Both the position numbers and the translations under genes were made by a program. Shown here one piece after another: positions 1 through 11,286 of a DNA stretch of 64,000 nt. The first letter of the stretch is position 1. Each line of letters opens with the position of its first letter. Origin of the DNA: Pseudoxanthomonas suwonensis (GTDB lineage: Bacteria > Pseudomonadota > Gammaproteobacteria > Xanthomonadales > Xanthomonadaceae); the NCBI GenBank assembly GCA_003240695.1, contig QFNC01000009.1, forward strand, positions 31,471-95,470, given 5' to 3'. The notes under the pieces were generated by a model, which saw only the letters and a program-made list of their open reading frames with translations, was not told where the DNA came from and did not search any database.

Positions 1-257
1 GCCAGGCTTCGCCGCCATCGGCCAGGCGACTGTTTTCGGCCTCGTAGATCTGCGGCCCGTAGGTGCGGCCGTCGGCGTCGATGAACGGGCGGAACCAGTG
101 CTGGTTGGCTTCGCAAGCCACCGCGGCGATGCGCTGCGCGGTGACTGCCGAGCGGGTCTGCGTGCGCAGCAGCGGGCACGGATCGGCTGCAAACACGGGC
201 AATGCCATCAGCAGCAGCAGGACGGACGACAGCAGACGGCGCATCGGCGGATTCCTC

Positions 258-1406
258 TCAAGCATTCGGAGCCGCGCAGACTGCGGCAAGGTCGGTGTAG
301 CCGGGATGACTGCGCCCGGGCGCGCACACGATGCAATCCGGATCGGGTGGCAGGCGTAATTCGGAAAACCGCATCGCCAGGGCTTCCACTTGCAGCAGCC
401 GGCCGATCAGCGGTGTACCGATGCCCAGCATCAGCTTGATGGCCTCCGTGGCCTGCAGCAGGCCGATGATGCCCGGCAGCACGCCCAGCACGCCGGCCTC
501 GGCGCAGTTGGGGGCATCCTCCGGCGCGGGCGGCTCGGGAAACAGGCAGCGATAGCACGGCGCCACGCCGCGCTGCCGTCCGGCATCGAACACGCTGACC
601 TGGCCGGAAAAGCGCTGCACCGCGCCGTACACCAGCGGCTTGCCGAGCGCGACGCAGGCATCGTTCAACAGATAGCGCGCCGCGAAGTTGTCGGCGCCGT
701 CGATTACCACGTCGCTGCCATCCAGCAGGCGTTCCACGTTGTCGGCGTTCAGGCGTTCGCGGATCGGTTGCACCTCGCAGCGCGGATTCAGCGCCTGCAG
801 CCGTTGCTGTGCCGAAGCCACCTTGGCCATGCCGATGGCGGCATCCACGTGCAGGATCTGTCGCTGCAGGTTGCTGCGATCGACCACGTCGTCATCCACC
901 AGCCGCAGCATGCCCACGCCGGCCGCGGTCAGGTAGAACGCCACCGGCGACCCCAACCCGCCGGCCCCCAGCAGCAGCACGCGGGCGGACTGCAGGCGCC
1001 GCTGTCCGGCCAGTCCCACGTCCGGCAGGCGCATCTGCCGCGAATAGCGTTCGGCGAAGTCGGCATCCACATCGGCATCGCGCTGCACCGGCAGGCCGTC
1101 GGTGATCCAGCGAGTGGTGCCGCCGTCCACCGACGCCAATTGCGAATACCCCGCTGCCTGCAAGGCCTGTGCGACCTGCAGCGAACGCGCGCCGCGCTGG
1201 CAGATCAGCAGCAGGGCTTGGTCGCGCTGCGGCAGATGGGCAGCCGGATCGGCCAGCAGGTCGGCCATGTCGATGCCGCGGGCGCCATCGGCCATGCCGG
1301 CGGCGCGCTCACCGGATTCGCGCACATCCACCAGCACCGCACCGGCCTGCTGCCGCTGACGTGCCTGCGCCGGAGAGAGTTGTTCGATGGCCATGTGCGA
1401 ATTCAT
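258..1406 (-). CDS. moeB: Molybdopterin-synthase adenylyltransferase MoeB/ThiF with N-terminal rhodanese domain
   Basis: ThiF/MoeB Rossmann motif RYSRQ...LLLGAGGLGSP and C-terminal CxxC pairs. The N-terminal ~105 aa are a rhodanese domain (catalytic Cys in LICQRGARS). Start chosen at MNSHMAIEQ; the upstream extension in the track overlaps moeA. Homology only. Confidence 0.8.
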   Translation of the reverse strand: MNSHMAIEQLSPAQARQRQQAGAVLVDVRESGERAAGMADGARGIDMADLLADPAAHLPQRDQALLLICQRGARSLQVAQALQAAGYSQLASVDGGTTRWITDGLPVQRDADVDADFAERYSRQMRLPDVGLAGQRRLQSARVLLLGAGGLGSPVAFYLTAAGVGMLRLVDDDVVDRSNLQRQILHVDAAIGMAKVASAQQRLQALNPRCEVQPIRERLNADNVERLLDGSDVVIDGADNFAARYLLNDACVALGKPLVYGAVQRFSGQVSVFDAGRQRGVAPCYRCLFPEPPAPEDAPNCAEAGVLGVLPGIIGLLQATEAIKLMLGIGTPLIGRLLQVEALAMRFSELRLPPDPDCIVCAPGRSHPGYTDLAAVCAAPNA

Positions 1407-1450
1407 CCCGGGATTATGGCCCGCGCCGGGGGCAGCCGGGTGAGCGGCGA

Positions 1451-2668
1451 TCACAGCCGCAGCACGCGCACCGGAGTTCCGGCCGGATAATCGCGCGGGC
1501 CTTCGTCCAACACGATCAGTGCATTGCTGTCGGCGGCGGCACGCATGCGGTGCGAGCCGTCGGCCGGATCGGGCTGCACATGCAACACACCTTGGGCATC
1601 GCACTGCAGCCGGCCGCGCAGGAATTCCAGCCGTTCGTGGCGCTTGTGCCACGGCGTGGCCAGGCGCGCACTGAGAGGCGGTTCGCCGTCGCGGCAGTCC
1701 TGCAAGCCGTCCAGCAGGCGCCGCCCCAGCGTGGCCGCCGTGGCCAGTACCGAGACCGGATTGCCCGGCAGCCCCAGCACGCAGGCGCGACCCAGCGTGG
1801 CCAGCAGCACCGGCATGCCGGGCTTCATCCGCACCTTCCAGAAGTGCAGCCTGCCGTGCCGTTGCAGGATGGCCGGAATGTGATCCTTCTCACCTGCCGA
1901 TACCGCTCCGCAGGTGATGACCACATCGAAGCTGTCCGCTGCATCGCGCAGCGCGACAGCGGTGCGTTCGGCATCGTCGGGCAGGTTCGGCCAGGCCACC
2001 GGTTCGAGCCCTTGCGTGCGCAGCCAGCCCATCAGCTGCTCGCGATTGCTGTTGTAGATGCCGCCCGGCGGCAGCGTCAGGCCGGGCTCGATCAATTCAT
2101 CGCCGGTGGTGAACACCGCCACCGTGGGCCGTATCCGCACCGGCAAGGCCGGTAGGCCCAGCGCTGAAGCCAGTCCGATGCGCGCGGGCGTAAGACGGAT
2201 GCCGGCAGCCAGCACCGCATCGCCGGGCTGCACATCCTCGCCAGCGCGGCGAATGTTGGCGCCCAGCAATGGCGCTTGCAGCACCTGCACGCGGCCGCCT
2301 TCGACGCGCGTGTGTTCCTTCATCACCACCGTATCGGCACCGGTCGGGACGGACGCGCCAGTGGTGATGCGGAGGCACTGCCCCGCCTGTATGGATGCTT
2401 CGGCATCCACCACACCGGCAAAACGCTCGCCGGCCAAGGTCAGCACCGTCTCGCCATCGCCCAGATCGGCGTGCCGCAGCGCGAAACCGTCCATCGCGCT
2501 GTTGTCGAACGGCGGCAGCGCCAATCCAGCGATGACGGGCTCGGCCAGGACGCGGCCATGCGCACGTGCCAGGGTGACCGACTCGCTGCCCAAACGGTGT
2601 TGCGCTGCCACCCTGTCGATGATCGCTTCAGCTTCGGCGACAGCAATCCGGGTCGGGATGTCGGTCAT
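1451..2668 (-). CDS. moeA: Molybdopterin molybdotransferase MoeA
   Basis: 405 aa with characteristic MoeA motifs (PPFDNSAMDGFA, GGVSAGEKD). Overlaps mobA by 4 bp. Confidence 0.9.
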   Translation of the reverse strand: MTDIPTRIAVAEAEAIIDRVAAQHRLGSESVTLARAHGRVLAEPVIAGLALPPFDNSAMDGFALRHADLGDGETVLTLAGERFAGVVDAEASIQAGQCLRITTGASVPTGADTVVMKEHTRVEGGRVQVLQAPLLGANIRRAGEDVQPGDAVLAAGIRLTPARIGLASALGLPALPVRIRPTVAVFTTGDELIEPGLTLPPGGIYNSNREQLMGWLRTQGLEPVAWPNLPDDAERTAVALRDAADSFDVVITCGAVSAGEKDHIPAILQRHGRLHFWKVRMKPGMPVLLATLGRACVLGLPGNPVSVLATAATLGRRLLDGLQDCRDGEPPLSARLATPWHKRHERLEFLRGRLQCDAQGVLHVQPDPADGSHRMRAAADSNALIVLDEGPRDYPAGTPVRVLRL

Positions 2669-3246
2669 GGCAACTGCACTCCCGCGCCCCGCAAGTCCTG
2701 CGGCGTATTGAGATTGCCCAGCCGGAAGCCAGGAAACACAACCGCCTGCATGCCCATGTGCTGCTGCAGCGCCTGCACGGCCAAGCGGCGTTCAGCGATG
2801 GCCTGCGCCGCCGCAATGCGCAGCTCAGGTACCGGCCACAACGCCAGCAACGGCTGCGTGCCGTCGGCATCCACGACGAAGGCACCGGTACCGCCTGCGG
2901 CTGCCAGCGAGCGCAGCAGGCAATCGTTCACGTCCACCACATCCACCGGCACGGTCAGCAGCCACGGCGTGCGGGCAGCATCGGCGAGGGCATCCAGACC
3001 ACCCAGCGGGCCGAGCTGCGCATGCCGATCGGGCACGGCAGTCAGTCCGTGGGCCAGATAACGCTGCAGGTCGCGATTGGCGCTGACCAGCACCGCGTCC
3101 ACCTCCGGGCGCAATCGCCGCTGCAGGCGCAGCACCTGCGCCTCGCCATCGCGCTGCAGCCAAGCCTTGTCGATGCCACCCAGCCGCATGCCCTGCCCGC
3201 CTGCCAGGATACCCAGTGTCACTTGATCGGCAGGCAAATGCATCAA
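2665..3246 (-). CDS. mobA: Molybdenum cofactor guanylyltransferase MobA
   Basis: 193 aa with N-terminal [20 protein letters not shown] nucleotidyltransferase motif. Overlaps the der stop. Confidence 0.8.
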   Translation of the reverse strand: MMHLPADQVTLGILAGGQGMRLGGIDKAWLQRDGEAQVLRLQRRLRPEVDAVLVSANRDLQRYLAHGLTAVPDRHAQLGPLGGLDALADAARTPWLLTVPVDVVDVNDCLLRSLAAAGGTGAFVVDADGTQPLLALWPVPELRIAAAQAIAERRLAVQALQQHMGMQAVVFPGFRLGNLNTPQDLRGAGVQLP

Positions 3247-4646
3247 CGCTTCACGTGCCGCAGCAGGCGTCGCTTACGCGCCACCTGGCGGTCGGTCAAT
3301 TCGTTCTTCTTGTCCTTGTAGGGATTCTCGCCTTCCTTGAAGATGAAGCGCACCGGCGTGCCCACCAGCTTGAAGCGCTTGCGGAAGAAGTTTTCCAGAT
3401 AGCGGTGGTAGGTGTGGTTGAGCGTGCGCAGGCGGTTGCCGTGTACGATGAAAGTCGGCGGATTCTCGCCGCCGGGATGGGCGAAGCGCAGCTTGGCCAC
3501 GTGACCGCGCACGGTTGGCGGCGGGTTGGCGGCGTAGGCAGCTTCCAGCGCGCGGGTCACTTCCGCGGTGCCGAATTCGCGCGTGGCCGAGGCATGCGCC
3601 CTGTGGATCGCGCGGAACAACTCGCGCAGACCGGACCCGTGCTTGGCGCTGATGCGCACCGCCTGGGCCCAGTCCACGAACGCCAGCTTGCGGCCCAGCA
3701 GCGCCTCAGTCTGCTGGCGCTGGTAATCGCTCAGGCCATCCCACTTGTTCACCGCCACCACCAGCGCCCGGCCTGCATCCAACACCGCGCCCAGCACGCT
3801 GGCATCCTGCTCGGTCACGCCTTCGCCGGCGTCGATCAGGATCACCGCCACCTGGCACTGCTCGATCGCCTGCAGGGTCTTGACGATGGAGAACTTTTCC
3901 ACCGCCTCGTCCACTTTCGACTTGCGCCGCAGCCCGGCGGTGTCCACCAGCCGGTACTTGCGGCCGTCGCGCTCCAGGTCGGCGGCGATCGAATCGCGGG
4001 TCGTACCCGGCACCTCCGAGGCGATCATCCGTTCCTCGCCCAGCAGCCGGTTCACCAGTGTCGACTTGCCCACGTTCGGCCGACCGACGAAGGCGATGCG
4101 GATGCGCTCCGGATCGTCGTCCAGCGCTTCGCCCTGACCGATTTCCGGCAGCTGGTCCAGCACCTGCCGCAGCAGATCGTCGATGCCGCGGCGATGCGAT
4201 GCCGCCACGGCCACCGGATCGGCCAATCCGTAACGGCTGAATTCCGCCAATGCCGCCTGCGCATCGATGCCATCGGTCTTGTTCACCACCAGCAGGGTCG
4301 GCGCGGCCTTGCGCCGCAGCCAGGCGACGATGTCGTCGTCCAGTGCCGACGGGCCCTCGCGGCCATCCACCACCAGCAGCACCAGATCGGCCTCCTCGGC
4401 GGCAGCACGGGCCTGGCGTGCGGTGGCGCCGGGCAGGCCCTCGTCCTCGCCGGCGATGCCGCCGGTGTCGATCAGCACGAACGGTCGTTCCTCGTCCAGC
4501 CGGCACACGCCGTAATGCCGATCGCGGGTCACGCCGGGCTGGTCGTGCACCAGCGCGTCGCGGCTGCGGGTCAGCGCGTTGAATAAGGTGGATTTGCCCA
4601 CGTTGGGGCGGCCAACCAATGCGACGACGGGAAGCATTCCGAACAT
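3243..4646 (-). CDS. der: Ribosome-biogenesis GTPase Der (EngA), two GTPase domains
   Basis: Two G-domains (GRPNVGKST...DTGG; second [10 protein letters not shown]...DTAG) and a KH-like C-terminus. True start probably MLPVVALVG at 4637. Confidence 0.95.
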   Translation of the reverse strand: MFGMLPVVALVGRPNVGKSTLFNALTRSRDALVHDQPGVTRDRHYGVCRLDEERPFVLIDTGGIAGEDEGLPGATARQARAAAEEADLVLLVVDGREGPSALDDDIVAWLRRKAAPTLLVVNKTDGIDAQAALAEFSRYGLADPVAVAASHRRGIDDLLRQVLDQLPEIGQGEALDDDPERIRIAFVGRPNVGKSTLVNRLLGEERMIASEVPGTTRDSIAADLERDGRKYRLVDTAGLRRKSKVDEAVEKFSIVKTLQAIEQCQVAVILIDAGEGVTEQDASVLGAVLDAGRALVVAVNKWDGLSDYQRQQTEALLGRKLAFVDWAQAVRISAKHGSGLRELFRAIHRAHASATREFGTAEVTRALEAAYAANPPPTVRGHVAKLRFAHPGGENPPTFIVHGNRLRTLNHTYHRYLENFFRKRFKLVGTPVRFIFKEGENPYKDKKNELTDRQVARKRRLLRHVKR

Positions 4647-4719
4647 CCAGGACAGCCGACGACACAGCGCACGGCAAGGGCGCCAGCTTACCGCACTCGC
4701 CGCCTGAACCGGTCGTCGC

Positions 4720-5180
4720 TCAACTCCTCACGGGTCCTACAGCAGCATTGGTATCGAACAGGAACAACGTGACCGCTTGCGCACTGCCGCCGATTGTGCG
4801 GTAGAAATCCAGCGCATCCGTGTCGTCGTTGTCCGCAGGGACGAATGCGGCCAGCAGGCCGGATCGTGTTGCCGCATCCAGTGCTGCCTGGATCAGGCGA
4901 CGGCCGATGCCTTTGCGCTGGTGCACCGGATGCACCGCGATGTCGTAGATGAACAATTCGAAGCCATCCTGAGCAGTGACCGGCAACACAGAGCGCTCAG
5001 GCCGCCCGCTGGTTCGTCATCGGCGAATGCGCCGAACAGCCAGAACCGGTCATCGGCCAGCAATCGTGCCATCCGATCCGGTGTGCTGCCTTCGCCGTGT
5101 TCAAACGTTTCTGCCATCACGCGGGTGACGGCTGATGCCACTTCGGCATCCTGCATGCTCAGCCTGCGGACGTCGCGCAT
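4720..5180 (-). pseudogene. Frameshifted GNAT-family N-acetyltransferase (N-part 4893-5180, C-part 4720-4989)
   Basis: Two overlapping minus-strand ORFs in different frames together give a ~165-aa GNAT. The acetyl-CoA motif HQRKGIGRRL is in the C-fragment. Frame switches near 4975-4990 with no homopolymer. Confidence 0.5.
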
Positions 5181-5207
5181 CTTCCGGCTGAGCCTGCCAT
5201 GGCGTGC

Positions 5208-6395
5208 TTACTGCCCCACCCGCCAGGCGCTGAGGTCGCCGCCCGTGCTCTGCACCAGCAGGATGCCATCGGCCACCACCGGTGCGGCACGGATGGCGTC
5301 CTTGGCGGCACGGGTGCGCGCGGCGAACTGGCCGTCGGACAGGTTCAGCCAGTGCAGGTAGCCGTCGTAGTCGCCGACCACGGCATAGTCGCCCTGCACC
5401 GCCACGCCGGACAGGTTGCGCCGGGCCAGCGCCGGCTGCTGCCAGGAACCGCTGCCGCTGGTCTTGTCGATGCCCCACACCGTACCGTTGCGGTCGCTGG
5501 TGATGACCCGATCGGCCGACACACCCACGCGGCCCGGACCCCCATTGCCGCTCTCCCACAGCACCCGGCCGCTGGGGGCCTCGATGGCGACGGTGCTGTT
5601 CTTGTAGCTGCTCGCAAACAGCACCGGACCGTCCAGCGCCGGGGTGCCATCCACATCGGCCATGCGGTCCAGCTCGCTGCGGCCATCGGGCTGCGCCACG
5701 GCCTGTTCCCACAACGGACGACCATCGGCGATGGCGAATGCCTTCACCATGCCGTCGTCGCCACCGGAAAACACGTAACCCGGCCCCAGCACCACGCCAT
5801 CGTTGCCGCGCACGGTCAGTGCGGGCGGCGTCGAGTCGTTGAACCAGCGCCGCTCGCCGGAGTTGGCATCGAAGGCGCTGACGCGGCCGTCGTTGCTGCG
5901 CACGAACACCATGCCTTGGCCGATCACCGGCGCGGCGATCACTTCGTTGGGAACCTTGGCCGTCCATTTTTCCGTGCCTGTGGCCGCATCCAGCGCGATC
6001 ACGTCGCCTTCAAGACTGCCCACCACCACCAGACCATCGCCGGCTCCGGGCCCGCCGGACAGCGGCAGGTCGGAGCGGTACTGCCACAGGCGGGCACCGC
6101 TGTTCAGATCCAGCGCCTGCAACCCGCCGTGAACGGCGGCCGCATACACCTTGCCATCGGCCACCACCGGACCCTGCCGGGCGCCCAGCAGATCCTCGCC
6201 CTTGCCCACGCTGGTGCTCCACAGCCGGGTTGGGGTGGTGCTGGCGGCGAAATCGGTCAGCTCGGCCGGATCGGTCAGGCGCTCACCCTTGTCCTTGCCG
6301 CCGAACCAGCCCTTCACCGTGCCGCAGCCGGACATCGCCAAGCCACAGGCCAGCACCAGTGCCACGCGCGTGGCGGAAACGTTTGCAATGGACAT
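5208..6395 (-). CDS. bamB: Outer-membrane protein assembly factor BamB (PQQ-repeat lipoprotein)
   Basis: Lipobox LAMSGC and repeated PQQ/beta-propeller motifs (ALDxxTGxxxW). Conserved position between yfgM and der. Confidence 0.9.
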   Translation of the reverse strand: MSIANVSATRVALVLACGLAMSGCGTVKGWFGGKDKGERLTDPAELTDFAASTTPTRLWSTSVGKGEDLLGARQGPVVADGKVYAAAVHGGLQALDLNSGARLWQYRSDLPLSGGPGAGDGLVVVGSLEGDVIALDAATGTEKWTAKVPNEVIAAPVIGQGMVFVRSNDGRVSAFDANSGERRWFNDSTPPALTVRGNDGVVLGPGYVFSGGDDGMVKAFAIADGRPLWEQAVAQPDGRSELDRMADVDGTPALDGPVLFASSYKNSTVAIEAPSGRVLWESGNGGPGRVGVSADRVITSDRNGTVWGIDKTSGSGSWQQPALARRNLSGVAVQGDYAVVGDYDGYLHWLNLSDGQFAARTRAAKDAIRAAPVVADGILLVQSTGGDLSAWRVGQ

Positions 6396-6397
6396 CG

Positions 6398-7033
6398 TCA
6401 GCTCGCGGAATCGGGGGTGGCGGGCTTGCCGCCCGCTTCGGAAAGTTTCAATTCGACCAGGCGCCGCTGCGGCGCACCGACATCCAGCCGGGTCAGCGCT
6501 TTCGCATAGCTCTCGCGGGCCGCATCACGCTGGCCCAGTGCCAGCTGCGCATCGCCACGCACTTCCAGCGCTGCGGCATCGTCACCGGCGTTCTGCAGCA
6601 GGGTCAGGGCTTCCTGCGACTTGCCGGCATCGATCAGCAATCGGGCCAGCCGTTCGTCGATCACCCGCTGCAGGTCGCGCTGCTCGGCCGTGCGCGCCGT
6701 GCGCAGGGTGTCGATGGCGGCATCGCGCTGGCCGGCATCCAGCTGTGCCTTGGCCAGCTGCAACGCCCCCATCTGCGTATAGATGCCCTGCAGCTGCTGC
6801 AGCTGCGTCTTGGCCTTGACCAGATCCTTGGCCTGCAGGGCGGCATCGAGCGCATGGTATGCCTCGTTGGCCTGGAACTGCTTCTTCAGCCGATCGGCCT
6901 GCCACCACTGCCAGCCGGCGATCAGGCCCAGGCCGATCGCCACGCCGCCGATCAGGCCTGCACCGTTGGCACGCAACCAGCGGCGGACGCGTTCGCCCTG
7001 CTCGTGTTCGTCCAGCAAATCGTCGATCGCCAT
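6398..7033 (-). CDS. yfgM: YfgM-family membrane-anchored TPR-like protein (ancillary SecYEG/PpiD partner)
   Basis: N-terminal RRWLRANGAGLIGGVAIGLGLIAGWQWW anchor resembles E. coli YfgM. C-terminal TPR-like region. Sits directly upstream of bamB. Confidence 0.8.
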   Translation of the reverse strand: MAIDDLLDEHEQGERVRRWLRANGAGLIGGVAIGLGLIAGWQWWQADRLKKQFQANEAYHALDAALQAKDLVKAKTQLQQLQGIYTQMGALQLAKAQLDAGQRDAAIDTLRTARTAEQRDLQRVIDERLARLLIDAGKSQEALTLLQNAGDDAAALEVRGDAQLALGQRDAARESYAKALTRLDVGAPQRRLVELKLSEAGGKPATPDSAS

Positions 7034-7118
7034 ACTGTCTCGCGACCGGCGGCCGGTGCCGCCGGGATCAAGTGGTTGGGAATGCCGGAATCACGCCTGG
7101 CCTCAGGGCCCGGCGGAT

Positions 7119-7931
7119 TCACTGGGTCGCCGCGGCGACCGATCCGTCAGAGGATACCGTAAAGCGGGCCACGTTCGCGCGCAGGTATCGGTCCAGGTTC
7201 ACGGGCTGGCCGGCCCGCTCGACCGTGGCAGCGGCTGCATTGCCGATCACCACGCGTCCACCCTGCTGCAGAGCGAATGCGCGATCGGTGCCTGCCGGCA
7301 TCAGCTCCGAGGCAAGCACCTTGCCGTCGCTGGCGGTGATCTCCACCCAGCTGTCGCTGCTCAGTCGCAGACGCAGTCCATCGTCGGTTGCGGCCTGTGC
7401 GGGCGCACGCGTCGGGACTGGCGTGATCGATGCCACAAGCGGCGACGGCGGCTGGTGCGTCGATGGCGGCAGACCATGGCCGAGCGGTGCAGGCTCCAGC
7501 GGCACGGTCTGGCTCGACGCACCGGACTGCACGGCCTGGCGCTGCATCTGCACCCACACCGGCAACACGATCGCAACAGTGATCACGATGTAGATGAGAC
7601 GTCGCGACGCGCTTTCGGCAAAGCGCCGCATCGGCGGCGTGTAGGTGCGCGGTTGGAGTTCGGCCGGCTGCACGGGTGGCACGCCGGAGGCGTTCAGCAC
7701 CGGTTCCGTCAACAGGCCCAGCAGGCGCGCATAGCTGCGCAGCTGGCCGCGCACGTAGACCGGGGCGCCCAGTCGCGACCAGTCGTCGGCTTCCAGCGAC
7801 TGCACCACGCACAATGGCATTTTCAGCCGTTCGGCCACGTCGGACTGGCTCATCCCGGCGGCCTCGCGCGCCGTGCGCAGGCGCTTGCCGGCACCGACGA
7901 ATGCTTCGGGAATGGCGGATGGGTCGGTCAT
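7119..7931 (-). CDS. rodZ: Cytoskeleton protein RodZ (HTH/XRE N-terminus, single TM, Pro-rich periplasmic region)
   Basis: HTH (LRTAREAAGMSQSDVAERLKM), a TM segment (LIYIVITVAIVLPVWV), Pro/Ala-rich linker and a C-terminal DUF4115-like domain. Position after rlmN/pilF matches. Confidence 0.8.
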   Translation of the reverse strand: MTDPSAIPEAFVGAGKRLRTAREAAGMSQSDVAERLKMPLCVVQSLEADDWSRLGAPVYVRGQLRSYARLLGLLTEPVLNASGVPPVQPAELQPRTYTPPMRRFAESASRRLIYIVITVAIVLPVWVQMQRQAVQSGASSQTVPLEPAPLGHGLPPSTHQPPSPLVASITPVPTRAPAQAATDDGLRLRLSSDSWVEITASDGKVLASELMPAGTDRAFALQQGGRVVIGNAAAATVERAGQPVNLDRYLRANVARFTVSSDGSVAAATQ

Positions 7932-8729
7932 GGCGATGGCGAGTCCCCGGGGCGGCTTTCCCGTTGCGGAAAGCGGCTTTGCTTCATTTGAACATATTTC
8001 GCGGCCGCAGCGTGATCGCCCAGGCGGCGTTCGATTTCGGCGGCCTGGCTCAGCACGGCCGGCGTGGGTGGTGCAGCCGCCAGGCGGCGTTCGGAAAATG
8101 CGCGGGCGCCCAGGAAGTCGCCCTGCTTGAAGTGCAGTTCCGCCATCGCCTCCAGAGCGGACGGATGCTTCGGTGCCGCGTCCAGTGCCATGCGCAGATC
8201 GCGCTCGGCCCGTTCCAGCTGGCCGGCGGCGAGCGCGCAGGAACCGGCATTGGCCCGGGCATCGATGGGGGTGGCGTACAGCGGGTCACGCAATGCGGCA
8301 TCGAACTGCGCCAGCGACTCGGTTTCGCGGCCGTTGGAGCACAGCCACACGCCGTAGTTGTTCAACATCGCACCACGCTGCGGCGCCAGTTCCACTGCCT
8401 TGGCGTAGTGGCCACCGGCAACGGCGTCGTTCCCCAGCCGTGCATTGGCGAAGGCCAGCACCGTGTAGGCCTCGGCGGAATTGGGATCGGTTTTCAGCGC
8501 AACATTGGCTTGGTGGATGGCCTCGTCGAATTGCCCGGCACGCAGCCGCTGTTCGGCAACCACGGCCTGTTGACGTGCCGCGTAACGCTTTTCCGCAGCC
8601 TTGTCAGTCTTGAAATCGTAATCGCGCTGCGGGATGTCGTCACCCTTGCGGGTGTAGTCGGGACGGATGAAGGTCAGGCGCGAGCAGGCCGTGGTGGCCA
8701 TGGCCACCAGCAGCAGCGCGACGATGGCG

Positions 8730-8743
<14 letters not shown>
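7928..8743 (-). CDS. pilF: Type IV pilus biogenesis/stability TPR lipoprotein PilF (PilW)
   Basis: Lipobox TTAC with multiple TPR repeats. Located between rlmN and rodZ, as in Xanthomonadaceae and Pseudomonas. Confidence 0.8.
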
Positions 8744-9959
<1,216 letters not shown>

Positions 9960-9962
9960 GGG

Positions 9963-10388
9963 TCAGCGGTTGTACACGTCGGTAGCGGGGAAGAAATAGG
10001 CCACTTCGATGGCGGCGTTTTCCAGCGAATCCGAACCGTGCACGGCGTTGGCGTCGATGCTGTCGGCAAAGTCGGCGCGGATGGTGCCGGCGGCGGCCTC
10101 CTTCGGATTGGTGGCGCCCATCAGCTCGCGGTTCTTGGCCACGGCGCCCTCGCCTTCCAGCACCTGGATCATCACCGGGCCGGAAATCATGAAGTTGACC
10201 AGCGCGCCGAAGAACGGACGCTCGCGGTGCACGGCGTAGAAGCCTTCGGCTTCTGACTTGGACAGCTGCTTCAGCTTCGCGGCTACGACCTTCAGGCCGG
10301 CCTTTTCGAAACGCGAGTAGATGTCGCCGATGACGTTCTTGGCAACGGCATCGGGCTTGATGATCGACAGGGTGCGCTCCAGCGCCAT
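9963..10388 (-). CDS. ndk: Nucleoside diphosphate kinase
   Basis: 141 aa with canonical NDK motifs ([20 protein letters not shown]). Confidence 0.95.
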   Translation of the reverse strand: MALERTLSIIKPDAVAKNVIGDIYSRFEKAGLKVVAAKLKQLSKSEAEGFYAVHRERPFFGALVNFMISGPVMIQVLEGEGAVAKNRELMGATNPKEAAAGTIRADFADSIDANAVHGSDSLENAAIEVAYFFPATDVYNR

Positions 10389-10534
10389 GGATGAGGTCTC
10401 CGGGAAGGCGGGCGACCCGACAAGGGGGCAGCCCGATGGTAACAGAAAACCCGTGCAAGAAACACGGGCTTAGCCGACATGGCTGCAGTGATTCTAGCGG
10501 ATCGCACACGCGATCTACACATGCCGCAGCAGGT

Positions 10535-10563
10535 TTGACAGCACCATGGCAGGCGCCTAGAAT
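10535..10563 (+). promoter_or_regulatory. Near-consensus sigma70 promoter for tetR: TTGACA-N17-TAGAAT
   Basis: TTGACA at 10535-10540, a 17-nt spacer, then TAGAAT at 10558-10563. Predicted TSS ~10570, 26 nt upstream of the ATG at 10596. Confidence 0.6.
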
Positions 10564-10595
10564 CAAACGGTTGCTTGATACGGGCGCTTGATCCC

Positions 10596-11228
10596 ATGAC
10601 GATCGCTCAATTCTCCACCAAGGACCGCATTCTCGGAGCGGCGGAAGAGTTGTTCGCGTTGAAGGGCTTCGCTGGCGCTTCGCTGCGCGAGGTGACCAGC
10701 CGTGCCGACGTGAACATCGCCGCGGTCAATTACCATTTCGGCAGTAAGGAAAACCTGATCAACGAGGTGTTCCGGCGGCGCATGGACGGCATGAGCCGGC
10801 AACGGCTGGCGCTGCTGGCCCAGGCATTGCAGCAGGCCCCGGGCGATCTGGAACCGATCATCGCCGCCTTCGTGCAACCGGCGCTGGACATTGCCCAGGA
10901 CCGCAACGGCGGAGCCGCGTTCGTGCGGGTCATCGCGCGTGCGTATGCCGAAAACAACGACAGCCTGCGCCGCTTCTTGTCCGAGCAGTACGGGCATGTG
11001 CAGCGCGAATTCGCCAAGGCCATCCAGACCTGCCTGCCGCAGCTGGGCAAGGAACAGCTGTACTGGCGCTTGGACTTCCTGTCCGGCGCATTGACCTATG
11101 CCATGGCCGATTTCGGCATGATCAAGCGTCCCGCCGACGTCAGCGAGGACGTGCATCGGATCAAGGCCGGGCGCGAGCTGATCCGCTTCACACTGGCCGG
11201 GTTTCTGGCCACCGAGCCGCAGGGATGA
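10596..11228 (+). CDS. TetR-family transcriptional regulator (PsrA-like, probable regulator of the downstream fad operon)
   Basis: N-terminal TetR HTH (RILGAAEELFALKGFAGASLREVTSRADVNIAAVNYHFGSKE). The track start at 10575 is a TTG; the ATG at 10596 fits the promoter. Confidence 0.85.
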   Translation: MTIAQFSTKDRILGAAEELFALKGFAGASLREVTSRADVNIAAVNYHFGSKENLINEVFRRRMDGMSRQRLALLAQALQQAPGDLEPIIAAFVQPALDIAQDRNGGAAFVRVIARAYAENNDSLRRFLSEQYGHVQREFAKAIQTCLPQLGKEQLYWRLDFLSGALTYAMADFGMIKRPADVSEDVHRIKAGRELIRFTLAGFLATEPQG

Positions 11229-11286
11229 GCCAGGACGGTGTCCGAACGATTTCATCATTTATCTGTAAAACAGGAACTTGTAGAAC

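Noticed and set aside
390-2155. Long plus-strand ORFs (390-1490, 1169-2155) antisense to moeB and moeA
   Set aside because: Arg/Ala/Gly-rich translations typical of wrong-frame reading in ~70% GC DNA. They fully overlap well-supported minus-strand homologues.
3216-4677. 456-aa plus ORF and 323-aa minus ORF overlapping der
   Set aside because: No domain signal and extreme R/A/G/P composition. The der frame has unambiguous GTPase motifs.
5199-6509. 436-aa plus ORF antisense to bamB
   Set aside because: Composition artefact. bamB homology is clear on the minus strand.
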